Counted from the stretch's first letter, positions 40,591-51,053 are shown. The stretch is DNA of 64,000 nucleotides from an uncultured Aliarcobacter sp. (GCA_963677435.1 OY781945.1:1376001-1440000), one strand, 5' to 3'. The notes: a model not told the origin generated them from the letters alone. Translations and numbers: made by a program.

Positions 40591-42141
40591 TTGAATATGG
40601 AATACATAATAGTAAGTGCAATTATTGCAGTGCTAAGTTCTGCTGCGAGTATATTTATTGTAAAGAAACTAGATAAAGCAAAATTTCAGGTTTTTATTGA
40701 GCAAGCAAAAGCGAAAGCAAAAGTGATTGAGCATGAAGCAGAAGTAGCTTTAAAAGATGCACAATTAAAAGCGAAATTTGAGTGTGATAAAGAGTTTAAA
40801 CACGCAAGAAGAGAGTATGATATTATGCTTTCTAAAATTGAAAAAAAAGAGAGAGAGCTTAATGAGCATCTTGAATCTGAATTAAAAATTATCAAACAAG
40901 AAAAAGATGATATTATTGATAAAAACAGAAAAATCACAGCGTTAAAAGAGGGAATTGAACAACAAAAAAAGACTTATGAAGAGAAAACTTTAGAGGCTAT
41001 AAAAATACTTGAAAATGCGTCTGGTCTAACACTTGTTGAAGCAAAAGAGTTGATGCTTAAAAAAGTTAAAGAAGATTCACGAGCTGAAATTTCTTCTATT
41101 TTTAGAAAAAAATATAAATTAGCAGAACAAAATGCTAAAAATGAAATTAATAATATGCTTTCTCATGCAGTTACAAGATATGCTGGTGAATTTGCTGCTG
41201 AAAGACTTATTAATAATGTACCAATTAATGATGAAGAGACAAAAGGTAAAATTATAGGAAAAGAAGGGCGAAATATTAAAGCTCTTGAAATGTTATTGGG
41301 TGTTGATATTATTATTGATGATACGCCAAATACAATTACTATTTCATCTTTTAATTTATATAGAAGAGCGGTTGCTACTAAAACTATTCAAGAACTTCTT
41401 GAAGATGGAAGAATTCAACCTGCACGAATTGAAGAGATTTATAAAAAAGTAAAATCTGAGTTTGATAAAAACATCCAAAAAGAGGGTGAAGATGTTGTTT
41501 TAGAGCTTGGAATTAAAACTATGCATCCAGAACTTATTAAACTTGTTGGAAGATTAAGATATAGAGCAAGTTATGGTCAAAATGCACTAGCTCACACACT
41601 TGAAGTTGCCCACTTAGCAGGTTTATTAGCAGCTCAAATGGGTGGAGATGCAATCTTAGCAAGACGAGCTGGACTTCTACATGATATTGGAAAAGCTTTA
41701 ACTCATGAAATGCCAGGGTCTCATGTACATTTAGGTGCAGAAATTTGCAAAAGATATGATGAATGTGATACAGTTATAAATGCAATTTATGCCCACCATG
41801 GACATGAAGAACCAATAAATGTAGAGTCAGCTTCTGTATGTGCTGCTGATGCTTTAAGTGCTGCAAGACCGGGTGCTAGAAGAGAAGTATTAGAAAGCTT
41901 CTTAAAAAGAGTTGAAGAGGTTGAAAATATTTCAACTAGCAAATTAGGTGTTATTAATGCCTATGCAATTAATGCAGGTAGAGAAGTGCGAGTTATAGTA
42001 AAAGCTGAGCTTGTAAATGATGATGAAGCTGTATTGTTAGCAACTGAAATTGCAAAAGAGATTGAACAAAAAGTTCAATATCCAGGTGAGATTAAAGTTA
42101 GTGTTATTAGAGAAATACGAGCTGAAAGCTATGCTAGATAA
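40591..42141 (+). CDS. rny: Ribonuclease Y
   Basis: N-terminal TM, coiled coil, KH domain (GKIIGKEGRN), HD domain (HDIGK) and SAARPGAR. Confidence 0.97.
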   Translation: MNMEYIIVSAIIAVLSSAASIFIVKKLDKAKFQVFIEQAKAKAKVIEHEAEVALKDAQLKAKFECDKEFKHARREYDIMLSKIEKKERELNEHLESELKIIKQEKDDIIDKNRKITALKEGIEQQKKTYEEKTLEAIKILENASGLTLVEAKELMLKKVKEDSRAEISSIFRKKYKLAEQNAKNEINNMLSHAVTRYAGEFAAERLINNVPINDEETKGKIIGKEGRNIKALEMLLGVDIIIDDTPNTITISSFNLYRRAVATKTIQELLEDGRIQPARIEEIYKKVKSEFDKNIQKEGEDVVLELGIKTMHPELIKLVGRLRYRASYGQNALAHTLEVAHLAGLLAAQMGGDAILARRAGLLHDIGKALTHEMPGSHVHLGAEICKRYDECDTVINAIYAHHGHEEPINVESASVCAADALSAARPGARREVLESFLKRVEEVENISTSKLGVINAYAINAGREVRVIVKAELVNDDEAVLLATEIAKEIEQKVQYPGEIKVSVIREIRAESYAR

Positions 42142-42167
42142 AAAAATCTTAACAAGGTACACAAATT

Positions 42168-42764
42168 ATGAAAACTGAAAAACCAACAACAAAGATAATA
42201 GCAGGGAAGTATAAGGGAAAAGTTTTAGAACTTCCCTCATTAGATGTAACAAGAAGTTCTAAAGCTAGGCTAAAAGAGTCTTTGTTTAATGTTTTACAGT
42301 TTGATATTATTGATAAAATTTTTATAGAATCCTTTGCAGGAAGTGGTTCTATTGGATTAGAAGCTATTAGTCGAGGAGCAAAAAGTGCTTATTTTGTTGA
42401 ACTTGACAGAAATTCATATCAAATTTTATTAAAAAATTGTAAAGCTGTTGACATGGAAAAATGTCAAACAGTTCAAGGTAATACTTTTGTACAAACTCCA
42501 TTATTTGTTGATTTTTTAAGAAATTCAAAAAATGAGATTGTTTTATATGTTGATCCTCCTTTTGATTATAGAGAAGGAATGGATGATATTTATGAAAAAT
42601 CATTTACTATGATTAAAAATATAGATGTTGATAATATTTATATGATTATAGTTGAGCATGTTTCAACTTTAGAAATGCCAGAAGTTTTGGGTAGATTTTC
42701 ATTAAATAAAACAAAAAAATTTGGTAAAAGTGCACTCTCTTACTATTTCTACACTCAAAAATAA
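42168..42764 (+). CDS. rsmD: 16S rRNA m2G966 methyltransferase
   Basis: IIAGKYKG, KESLFN, FAGSGSIGLEAISRGA and DPPF. Confidence 0.93.
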   Translation: MKTEKPTTKIIAGKYKGKVLELPSLDVTRSSKARLKESLFNVLQFDIIDKIFIESFAGSGSIGLEAISRGAKSAYFVELDRNSYQILLKNCKAVDMEKCQTVQGNTFVQTPLFVDFLRNSKNEIVLYVDPPFDYREGMDDIYEKSFTMIKNIDVDNIYMIIVEHVSTLEMPEVLGRFSLNKTKKFGKSALSYYFYTQK

Positions 42765-42775
42765 AGAAAGAAAAT

Positions 42776-43576
42776 ATGTTTAAAGTAGCTTTATATTTAT
42801 TAATTACAGTTATTTTAGCAATTTTTTTATTGCCATTTTTATATACAGTTTCACCCTATGAATTAGACCCATCAAGAATTTTACAAGCGCCATCTTTTGA
42901 ACACTTATTTGGGACAGATAGATTAGGTCGTGATATGTTAGCTAGGATTTTAGAAGGTGGACAAACTTCGCTAATCATCGGATTTTTAGCCGCTTCTATC
43001 TCTTCAATTGTAGGGCTTTTTATTGGAATAAATGCAGGATATTTCAAAGGTAATATTGATAAAACTATTACAATTATGATTGATTTATTTTTGACATTTC
43101 CTACTTTTTTCCTACTTTTAGCTTTGGTTTCATATATTCAAGCATCAGCTGTTATTTTGATTATTGTGATTTCGATTACAGGTTGGATGGGAATGGCTCG
43201 AATGATTAGAAGTGAGAGTTTTGCCATTGGAAATAAACCTTTTATTAAGATTTTAAAAGTTGCAAATGTTTCTACATTTAAAATCATTTTTAAATATTTT
43301 GCTCCACTTTTAGCGCCAATATTTCTTATATCATTTACTTTTGGAGTAGGTGGCTCAATTCTAGCAGAATCAGGACTTTCATTTTTAGGTCTTGGAGTTA
43401 ATCCTCCTGCTATGTCTTGGGGAAGTTTATTAAGTGATGGAAAAGCTGTTATTGATATTGCATGGTGGGTTAGTTTTTATCCTGGACTTATGATATTTAT
43501 AATTACTTTTTGTTTGATACAAATTAGCGATTATCTTCAAGGTTTAGCAAATAAAAAAGAGATTATTCAAAATTAA
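42776..43576 (+). CDS. Peptide/nickel ABC transporter permease (DppC/OppC-like)
   Basis: HLFGTDRLGRD and ESGLSFLGLG..PP..SWG. Confidence 0.9.
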   Translation: MFKVALYLLITVILAIFLLPFLYTVSPYELDPSRILQAPSFEHLFGTDRLGRDMLARILEGGQTSLIIGFLAASISSIVGLFIGINAGYFKGNIDKTITIMIDLFLTFPTFFLLLALVSYIQASAVILIIVISITGWMGMARMIRSESFAIGNKPFIKILKVANVSTFKIIFKYFAPLLAPIFLISFTFGVGGSILAESGLSFLGLGVNPPAMSWGSLLSDGKAVIDIAWWVSFYPGLMIFIITFCLIQISDYLQGLANKKEIIQN

Positions 43577-43597
43577 TTTTAAAATTAATTTTGAATA
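43564..43597. repeat. 34-bp perfect palindrome
   Basis: TATTCAAAATTAATTTTAAAATTAATTTTGAATA is its own reverse complement and overlaps the permease stop codon. Confidence 0.85.
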
Positions 43598-43670
43598 TAT
43601 AATTAACATATAATTTTAAAGCAATTTATTTGTATAATCAAAGCTTTTATTTCATATATAAAGGTTTTGT

Positions 43671-45374
43671 TTGAGTAAACTTATTAAAATATCGATATTG
43701 GTACTTTTTTTACCAATACTACTGCTAGCGGATGCAAAAGAAAACTCTGCTATTTATGGTGCATTTACCCTTTTACCTCCACTTGTTGCTATTGTTTTAG
43801 CTTTTATTACTAGAAATGTGATTTTCTCTTTATTTATGGGGATTTTTGCAGGTACTTTTATGGTTAATATTAGTGGGGCAAATATTTTTTATGCATTTTT
43901 TAGTGCATTTGTAGATTTGTCAGGAAAAATGGTAGGTTCCCTAGCTGATTCTTGGAATGCTGGGATTGTTCTTCAAGTTTTAACAATTGGAGGAATGATT
44001 GCTGTTATTACAAAAATGGGAGGCCCAAGAGCTATTGCCCAAAAATTAGCGGCTCGTGCTAAAACTCCTGCAAGTGCTCAACTTTATACATGGATTATGG
44101 GATTTTTCATATTTTTTGATGATTATGCAAATTCACTAATAATTGGTCCTATTATGAGACCTGTTACTGATAAGCTAAAGGTTTCTAGAGAAAAACTAGC
44201 TTTTATTATTGATTCTACTGCTGCTCCTATTGCTGGACTCGCACTAATTTCTACTTGGGTTGGATATGAGTTGTCTTTAATCAAAGATGCTTATGTTGCT
44301 ATTGGACAACCAGATATTAATGCTTTTGCTATTTTTGTGGAAACTCTTCCTTATAGATTTTATAATATTCTTATGTTAGCTTTTGTATTTTTCTCAGCTT
44401 ACACTTTAAGAGAGTTTGGACCTATGCACAAAGCTGCTGTTAGAGCTTATGAAACAGGACATGTATCAGACCCAAAATCAAAAGGTGTAATGAATCAAGA
44501 AAATTCATTTATGCTTCCAAAAGAAGGAACAGAGTATTCTATTTATAATGCAATAATTCCTATTTTAGTTTTAATTGTTGTGGCTATTGTTGGATTTTAT
44601 ATAAATGGTAAATCTTCACTTGAAGGAGAGGTTTTAAAAGCTGTTGAAGCTAATCCTTATTCATTTGCATCATTAAGAGATTGTTTTGGAGCAGCTGATG
44701 CTTCTATTGTAATATTTGAAGCGGCACTACTTTCTTCTTTAGTTGCTATTGGAATGGGATTAAAACAAAAGATTTTTGATTTACATGAAGCAATTGAAAC
44801 TTGGGTATTTGGAGTAAAAGCTTTAGTTATCACAGCTGTTATTTTGATTCTTGCTTGGTCATTAAGTGCTGTAATGAAAGAAGTGGGAACTGCTACTTAT
44901 TTAGTAACTTTATTATCTCATAGTACTCCACAATATATTTTACCTTCAATTATTTTTATTTTAGGTTCGATTATATCATTTGCAACTGGAACTTCTTATG
45001 GAACAATGGGGATTTTAATGCCTTTAACTATTCCACTTGCAAGTGCAATTGGTATTAATACTGGTCTTGAAGGAGTTGATTTACATAATTATGTAGTATT
45101 AAATATTGGAGCTGTTTTAACTGGTGCAATTTTTGGAGACCATTGTTCTCCTATATCTGATACTTCCATTTTATCATCTATGGCATCATCTTGTGACCAT
45201 ATGGACCATATTTCAACTCAGTTATATTATGCATTATTTGTAGCAGTTATTGCAGTTGTATGCGGATATTTACCAGCAGCCTTTGGAGTTCCTGTTTATT
45301 TATTACTTCCACTTGGATTGCTTGTAGTATTTTTAGTTATTCGATTCTATGGAAAACCATTTATGAAAGCTTAA
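43671..45374 (+). CDS. NhaC-family antiporter/transporter
   Basis: LLPPLVAI, FFDDYAN, DSTAAP, GTSYGT and GDHCSPISDT. Confidence 0.9.
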   Translation: MSKLIKISILVLFLPILLLADAKENSAIYGAFTLLPPLVAIVLAFITRNVIFSLFMGIFAGTFMVNISGANIFYAFFSAFVDLSGKMVGSLADSWNAGIVLQVLTIGGMIAVITKMGGPRAIAQKLAARAKTPASAQLYTWIMGFFIFFDDYANSLIIGPIMRPVTDKLKVSREKLAFIIDSTAAPIAGLALISTWVGYELSLIKDAYVAIGQPDINAFAIFVETLPYRFYNILMLAFVFFSAYTLREFGPMHKAAVRAYETGHVSDPKSKGVMNQENSFMLPKEGTEYSIYNAIIPILVLIVVAIVGFYINGKSSLEGEVLKAVEANPYSFASLRDCFGAADASIVIFEAALLSSLVAIGMGLKQKIFDLHEAIETWVFGVKALVITAVILILAWSLSAVMKEVGTATYLVTLLSHSTPQYILPSIIFILGSIISFATGTSYGTMGILMPLTIPLASAIGINTGLEGVDLHNYVVLNIGAVLTGAIFGDHCSPISDTSILSSMASSCDHMDHISTQLYYALFVAVIAVVCGYLPAAFGVPVYLLLPLGLLVVFLVIRFYGKPFMKA

Positions 45375-45375
45375 T

Positions 45376-45399
45376 AAAAAGGAAGATTTCTTCCTTTTT
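45376..45399. terminator. Bidirectional terminator
   Basis: AAAAAGGAAGA-TT-TCTTCCTTTTT between convergent genes. Confidence 0.8.
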
Positions 45400-46219
45400 A
45401 GATTTTATTTAACAATCTATCCATTAGTGAAGTTGATAAAATTCTTTTTAAAAATCCTAAGATATGAGTAGCTTTTGTCACATAATATCTAGGTTTTGGT
45501 TTTTTTGTTTGTAATATTTTTAAAACTACATTTGCAACACTTGAAGGTGGAAGATTAAAAGGTGCTTTATCCTCTTTTGTTTCAAGTCTTGTTTTTAACT
45601 CTTTTTTATAAATCTCTTCAAAAAAACTTCCCTCTATTTTAATATTTTTATTGAATTTTTTTAGACCATTTTCTCTAAACTTTGAAGTAACTGGACCTGT
45701 GTTTATAGTGCTAATAAAAATATTACTTCCCATTACTTCTTGTCTTAAAGTATCATTTAATCCTTCAATTGCATATTTACTTGCATTATATGCACCTCGA
45801 TATTTTAAAGAGATGATTCCTAAAACTGAGCTATGTTGGATGATTTTTCCAAAACCTTGTGCTCTAAATATTTTCATGGCTTGAATGGTTACCTCATGAA
45901 GTCCAAAAAAGTTTGAATCAAACTGTTTTTTTAAAACTTTTACACTCAAATCTTCCACAGCACCTGGCTGTCCAAAACCTGCATTATTAAAAACTGCATC
46001 AAGTTTTAAATCATTTTTCAAAATAGTTTCAAGTGCATATTTTATTTCATCTTTGTTTCTTACATCTATTTGAAAAGTCTCAAAACCTAAGTTCTTTAAC
46101 ATCTGCACATCTTTTTCTTTTCTTGCACTTGCATATACTTTAATATCATTCTTTTTTAATATAAGTGCAGTTTCAAGACCAATTCCAGAAGAGCAACCAG
46201 TTATTAATATATTTTGCAT
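45398..46219 (-). CDS. Short-chain dehydrogenase/reductase
   Basis: TGCSSGIG, NNAG and YNASK. Confidence 0.92.
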   Translation of the reverse strand: MQNILITGCSSGIGLETALILKKNDIKVYASARKEKDVQMLKNLGFETFQIDVRNKDEIKYALETILKNDLKLDAVFNNAGFGQPGAVEDLSVKVLKKQFDSNFFGLHEVTIQAMKIFRAQGFGKIIQHSSVLGIISLKYRGAYNASKYAIEGLNDTLRQEVMGSNIFISTINTGPVTSKFRENGLKKFNKNIKIEGSFFEEIYKKELKTRLETKEDKAPFNLPPSSVANVVLKILQTKKPKPRYYVTKATHILGFLKRILSTSLMDRLLNKI

Positions 46220-46295
46220 AATTTTTAATCCATATAAATTTTTGAAATGGTATTATAATCAAAAAAAATATAGATAAGATTTAGGTAATAAAGCA

Positions 46296-47006
46296 ATGGA
46301 TGAAAAAGTTGTAATATTAAGTGGAGCAGGGCTAAGTGCAAGTAGCGGGATTTCTACTTTTAGGGATGAAAATGGTCTTTGGGAAAGACACAATGTAAAA
46401 GAGATTTGTAGCGCTGGGTGTTTGGATTGGAATTATGAAGCAACAGTAAACTTTTATAATCTAAGACGAGAAGATATAAAAGATAAGTTTCCAAATAATG
46501 CCCATAAAATGATAGCAAAACTAAAAGATAAATATCCACAAAAAGTGGAAGTTATCACTCAAAATATAGATGATTTACTTGAAAAAGCAAATTGTAAAGA
46601 TGTTTTGCATTTACATGGATTTTTAAAAGAACTTCGATGTATGAAGTGTGAGGAAATTGTTGATATTTCTTATTCACTTCAAAATGAAACAAACTCTACT
46701 TGTAAAAAGTGTAATTCTAAAATGAGACCAAATATAGTCTTTTTTGGTGAACTTGCTCCCAAATATGAAACAATGTATAAGATTTTAAAAGATTGTGGAT
46801 TATTGGTGGTTATTGGAACTAGTGGGCGAGTGATTGATGTAAGTTTTTTAACCCAATATGCTGATTATTCGATTTTGAATAATCTAGAACCAAGTGATGC
46901 TATTTATGATGAATGTTTTACGAAAGTTTATTATGAAAATGCAGATACAGCCTATGAAAAAATAGAGCAAGATATAGAAAATTTTATTAAAAATAGGAAA
47001 TTATGA
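46296..47006 (+). CDS. NAD-dependent protein deacylase (CobB-like sirtuin)
   Basis: GAGLSASSGISTFRD, TQNID, LHG, two CxxC, RPNIVFFGE and GTS. Confidence 0.9.
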   Translation: MDEKVVILSGAGLSASSGISTFRDENGLWERHNVKEICSAGCLDWNYEATVNFYNLRREDIKDKFPNNAHKMIAKLKDKYPQKVEVITQNIDDLLEKANCKDVLHLHGFLKELRCMKCEEIVDISYSLQNETNSTCKKCNSKMRPNIVFFGELAPKYETMYKILKDCGLLVVIGTSGRVIDVSFLTQYADYSILNNLEPSDAIYDECFTKVYYENADTAYEKIEQDIENFIKNRKL

Positions 47007-47785
47007 CAACAGAAGATAAAAAGATAAAAGAGCTTTTAGACAAAGAAGTATCTCAAAGAAATAATAACACAGAACTAAACTACGACAAACCAGATCCCTT
47101 AATGGTCGCAAGCAGATATGATGATGAGTTTATCATTCTTTTATGTGCTTTATTTGCCTACGGAAATGCAAAATTAATAGTAAAATTTTTAGATAGTTTG
47201 GATTTTTCACTTCTTGAAAAAAGTGATGAAATAATAGATAAAGAGTTAAATAATCACTATTATAGATTTCAAAATGCCCAAGATATACAAACAATATTTA
47301 AAACCTTTAAACGACTAAAAAATGAAGATAGTCTAAACAACATATTTGTAGATTCCTACAAAAAAGAGAACAATATTTTAGAGGGAATTGATGCTTTAAT
47401 TCAAAAAATTCACAACACAGCAAATCACAAATCACAAGGTTTCACATTTTTAATCTCAAGCCCATTTAAAAGAGATAAACAAAGAATCATAAAAGAGTTA
47501 GGAAATGCTCCTTATAAAAGATGGAATATGTTTTTGCGTTGGATGGTTCGTGATGACAATCTAGATTTAGGACTTTGGAGTGGCATAAATAAAAAAGATT
47601 TGATACTTCCACTTGATACTCACACCTTTAAAGTATCACAAAAACTAGGACTTTTAGATAGACAAAGTTATGATTTAAAATCAGCATTGATGATTACAAA
47701 TAAACTAAAAGAGTTTGATGAGTTTGACCCTATAAAATATGATTTTTCGCTTTATAGGATTGGGCAGGAAAAAATGGAATTTTGA
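47003..47785 (+). CDS. TIGR02757/DUF2400-family protein
   Basis: DP, ALFAYG, KRWNMFLRWMVR, DLGLW, PLDTH and DPIKYDF. Confidence 0.88.
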   Translation: MTTEDKKIKELLDKEVSQRNNNTELNYDKPDPLMVASRYDDEFIILLCALFAYGNAKLIVKFLDSLDFSLLEKSDEIIDKELNNHYYRFQNAQDIQTIFKTFKRLKNEDSLNNIFVDSYKKENNILEGIDALIQKIHNTANHKSQGFTFLISSPFKRDKQRIIKELGNAPYKRWNMFLRWMVRDDNLDLGLWSGINKKDLILPLDTHTFKVSQKLGLLDRQSYDLKSALMITNKLKEFDEFDPIKYDFSLYRIGQEKMEF

Positions 47786-48759
47786 TGGATAAATTGCCAC
47801 AAAGAAGTGATTTAATTTATAAAGAGATTGAAGAGTTTCAGGATTATGAACTTACTAATTGTATTGCTTATGAGATGGCTATTAGAGATTCTCAACTTAG
47901 AATAAATATTTTGAATTGCTTTGAAGAAATAAGCGTCTATGTTTCTTCTCTAATAAATATTAAAGAAAAAAAAACTAGTAAATTATTAATTGAACTTATT
48001 GAGAATATTTTTCTAAATTATAATATAGATATTAGGGTTCATGGGAATATAAGATTTTTAGATTCATTATATTATATATCAGCAGAACAAAAAAATATGA
48101 TTGATGAAATATGTAATTATTTTATTGAAAAAGAGGATGTTAATAATACAATTCTGGAAAAGTATTTAGAAGATGAAGGTTTAGGATTCAAAGAATATTC
48201 TAATTTTTCTGGTTACACTATTAAACAAAATACTTTTATTAAAAACTTAAATAAACATTTTATCAATGATATTAATGATGAAGTAATAATTGGAAATATT
48301 AATAAAAGTGATATCTTGTTTCTTCCTAATTTTAGTAGACCAATAATTCCTATTGATAATAGAATAAGTCGTATATCAAAAATCGAACTTAATTTGAATA
48401 TTGATGTAGAAGAATTAGTTAGTTATATTAGATATATAAAAGCGGATTTAGACAATAAAAATTCTTCTATTTTGAAAAGCCCATTAGAAATGATTGAATA
48501 TGAATTTGAAAGTAATGATAATAAAAAAACTCCCAAAAAGCCAAAAGCTTCAGTTTATGCTGATTGGTTTTATATTTATGATTATTGGAAATATGAAAAA
48601 GCTTTAGGAAAAACTGATAAAGATATTTTTGTAGCTTTAGAAGTTGAAAATGAAGTTCCATATAAAGAAGATATGTTACGAAAAATCAGAGATAAAATGA
48701 AATATTTTATTGATGATTTTGGCTACAAAGAACTTATAACTGGTGTTAAAAATAGTTAA
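47782..48759 (+). CDS. Hypothetical protein (first gene of the accessory region)
   Basis: 325-aa ORF overlapping the previous stop, I/N/E/K-rich; no motif I can assign. Confidence 0.75.
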   Translation: MMDKLPQRSDLIYKEIEEFQDYELTNCIAYEMAIRDSQLRINILNCFEEISVYVSSLINIKEKKTSKLLIELIENIFLNYNIDIRVHGNIRFLDSLYYISAEQKNMIDEICNYFIEKEDVNNTILEKYLEDEGLGFKEYSNFSGYTIKQNTFIKNLNKHFINDINDEVIIGNINKSDILFLPNFSRPIIPIDNRISRISKIELNLNIDVEELVSYIRYIKADLDNKNSSILKSPLEMIEYEFESNDNKKTPKKPKASVYADWFYIYDYWKYEKALGKTDKDIFVALEVENEVPYKEDMLRKIRDKMKYFIDDFGYKELITGVKNS

Positions 48760-48760
48760 A

Positions 48761-48791
48761 GTGGTAAAAACTTAAACTCTTTTTTTACCAC
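48761..48791. promoter_or_regulatory. Inverted repeat right after the hypothetical gene
   Basis: GTGGTAAAAA-N11-TTTTTACCAC; no U-tract after the stem. Confidence 0.45.
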
Positions 48792-49307
48792 ATAAAAATC
48801 AAACTTTTATTTTATAGTTTCATAAATAAACCAAAAAGGAAATTTATGAAACAAAAATCCCTAGAACTTTACAACAATTCAAAAACACATTATTTAATAT
48901 GGATAATTATTTTTATCATATTAGTTTATTTCTTTTTTTCATACTTTAGTATGATAAATTACATGGAATTAATAGTTATTCTTAGAATAAATGAGAATAA
49001 AATTACAAATTGTAAAAAATATCAATTTTAAAGTCATATAATAGTTTGTCCAAGCCTATACAGAAAAATATTCTTTGTGTTTTTATATACCAGTTTTCTT
49101 AAAATTTTGATGAAGATATTAATGCCTAATTAGCTATAATTGCTGTTAGCAAGTTTAATAAATTGATTGAAATTCTTTTAAAATTAAACTAAAAATTAGG
49201 CTTTTACTCATGCAGAAAAAGACTATTCCTTTTCGTAATTAACACTCAAGAAAAAACTTTTATAATAGTATTTTAGGAGATTCTAAAAGATAAATGGTAA
49301 CTATACA

Positions 49308-50486
49308 ATGACAACAAATATAAATCCAAAAGAATTTATCAAAGCGCAAAATGATGCAAAAGATGCGATTATTGAAGCTCATTTTAAAGGTAGTATTGAA
49401 TATGTAGAGAATATTCCATATTATAATTCTACTAATAATAAAGATTTATCCTTATCTATTGAAAAACTAATTGATTTTAATGTATTTGATTATGATGAGT
49501 ATTCTTATTCTTTGTTATTAAGCGATGATTACAACGCTCATTTGAGAACTTATACAGATGTAAATATCAAAGATATTGAAGATAAACAAAAAACTATTAA
49601 GAAGTTGATTAGAGATATTAAGATTAAAAGAAAAGATAATAATGATTATTCAAGTGAAATAAAAAGAATAAACTCTTCTTTTAGAAATATCAAAAAGATA
49701 ATATATAGAGCAATAGAATCTTTAAATGAAAAAGAGATGAAATTCAAAGCTGAAGTAAATTTTGAAGTAAAAAAAGCAAATTTATATGATTGCAAAGCTG
49801 ATTTAACTGCCTTATCAGAAGCAGTTACAAATACTGATAAGTTTTTGATAGAGTACAAATCATATTTTATAGATGAACTTGCAAATGAATCTATATCTTT
49901 TCATATTAATCAATTAGCCCATCATATCCATGATGTAAGAGAAAATATAAGTAAAACACTAAATGAGCTTTCAAAATATCTTATTCATATTGAAAAAGAA
50001 GCTAAAAAGATTGAAAAATTAAATCACTTGTATAAGTTAAAAGTTAATGGTGAATTATTTGAAAAAAGTAATATAGAATCTGTATTTATTAGATTGAAAA
50101 ATATAGCTGAACCTATTAATATCAAATCTCAATACATGAATGATAATGAGTTAATTGAAGCTATAGTAAATCTTGCAAAAGAAAAAAATATTTCTTTGCC
50201 ACAAGAGATAAAAATAGAAGAGACAAGACCTGAAGCTGTAACGCTTGAGCAAAATAAAGTTGCAAAAGAAAAAATGATATTAGGAACTAAAAAAGTTTAT
50301 AATAATTTCATCAAACAAGATATGGATTTAGCTTCATTTTTAAAACAAAAAGATTTAGATAAAAAACAATTTTTATCTATTTTTATTAGACTGACATTAC
50401 AATACAATAAGTTTTTATCTATCTCAAAAGATATAAGTATAGAACATAAAGGTATAAAAGTGCCGTATATTACAAAAAGGGGATAG
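49308..50486 (+). CDS. Putative kleisin subunit (JetA-equivalent) of an Mks/Wadjet-like complex
   Basis: 392 aa, long helical middle region, first gene of the four-gene SMC operon. Assigned by size and position only. Confidence 0.55.
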   Translation: MTTNINPKEFIKAQNDAKDAIIEAHFKGSIEYVENIPYYNSTNNKDLSLSIEKLIDFNVFDYDEYSYSLLLSDDYNAHLRTYTDVNIKDIEDKQKTIKKLIRDIKIKRKDNNDYSSEIKRINSSFRNIKKIIYRAIESLNEKEMKFKAEVNFEVKKANLYDCKADLTALSEAVTNTDKFLIEYKSYFIDELANESISFHINQLAHHIHDVRENISKTLNELSKYLIHIEKEAKKIEKLNHLYKLKVNGELFEKSNIESVFIRLKNIAEPINIKSQYMNDNELIEAIVNLAKEKNISLPQEIKIEETRPEAVTLEQNKVAKEKMILGTKKVYNNFIKQDMDLASFLKQKDLDKKQFLSIFIRLTLQYNKFLSISKDISIEHKGIKVPYITKRG

Positions 50487-50487
50487 T

Positions 50488-51053
50488 TTGAATTTATTAC
50501 AATTAGAAGATTATAAAGAAATCTTTCAAGTGATTGAAGATTGTCGAGTAAATGGTAGATTCATTAATGAAAATAGTACTGATTATAAAATAAAAGAAGC
50601 ATATAATTTTATTTTACAATATAGACAAGAAGTAAAAACTTATTTTAGTATTATAGGTTATTCACTTATTTCTGAGAAGGGTTATTTTTACTTTATAATT
50701 GAAGGCTATGAAACTATTCCTAAACCTTATGTTAATTCTTACATTGATTACATAGATATATACAGATTTTTAAAACTATTAAATACTAATATCAGCTCAT
50801 CAGATGGTGGTCCATATAGTGCTAGTGATATTGAAAGTAGATTAAATGGTGATATAGAGTTAAAAACAATGGTTGATAAATGAACTTTTTAAAGAAGCGT
50901 TCAACTAATCGTGAAGCTATTGATTCAATTATTTTAAGATTAAAAAATGATGGATTTGCCCAAAGTATGGGAAATAAAGAAGAGGAGTTTTTAATACTTC
51001 GTTCATTTAAATTCATCGAAGATATGATAGAGGAAATAGAATATGAATTATAA
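50488..51053 (+). pseudogene. Putative KITE subunit (MksE/JetB-equivalent), split by a 1-nt deletion
   Basis: GRFIN..YFSIIGYSL..EKGYFYF N-terminal half stops at GATAAA^TGA (50875-50883). Adding one A reads on as MNFLKKR...GFA...FLILRSFKFIED to TAA at 51051-51053 (188 aa), overlapping the next start. Confidence 0.7.

Noticed and set aside
46296..47006. Sir2 gene as a defence NADase (Thoeris/DSR-like) linked to the SMC operon
   Set aside because: It has the full zinc-binding CobB-like deacylase motif set, is stand-alone and of normal size, and is coupled to a housekeeping-type gene.
48846..49031. 61-aa ORF as a functional gene
   Set aside because: Good RBS, but the remainder is translation of AT-rich low-complexity DNA; treated as a possible remnant only.
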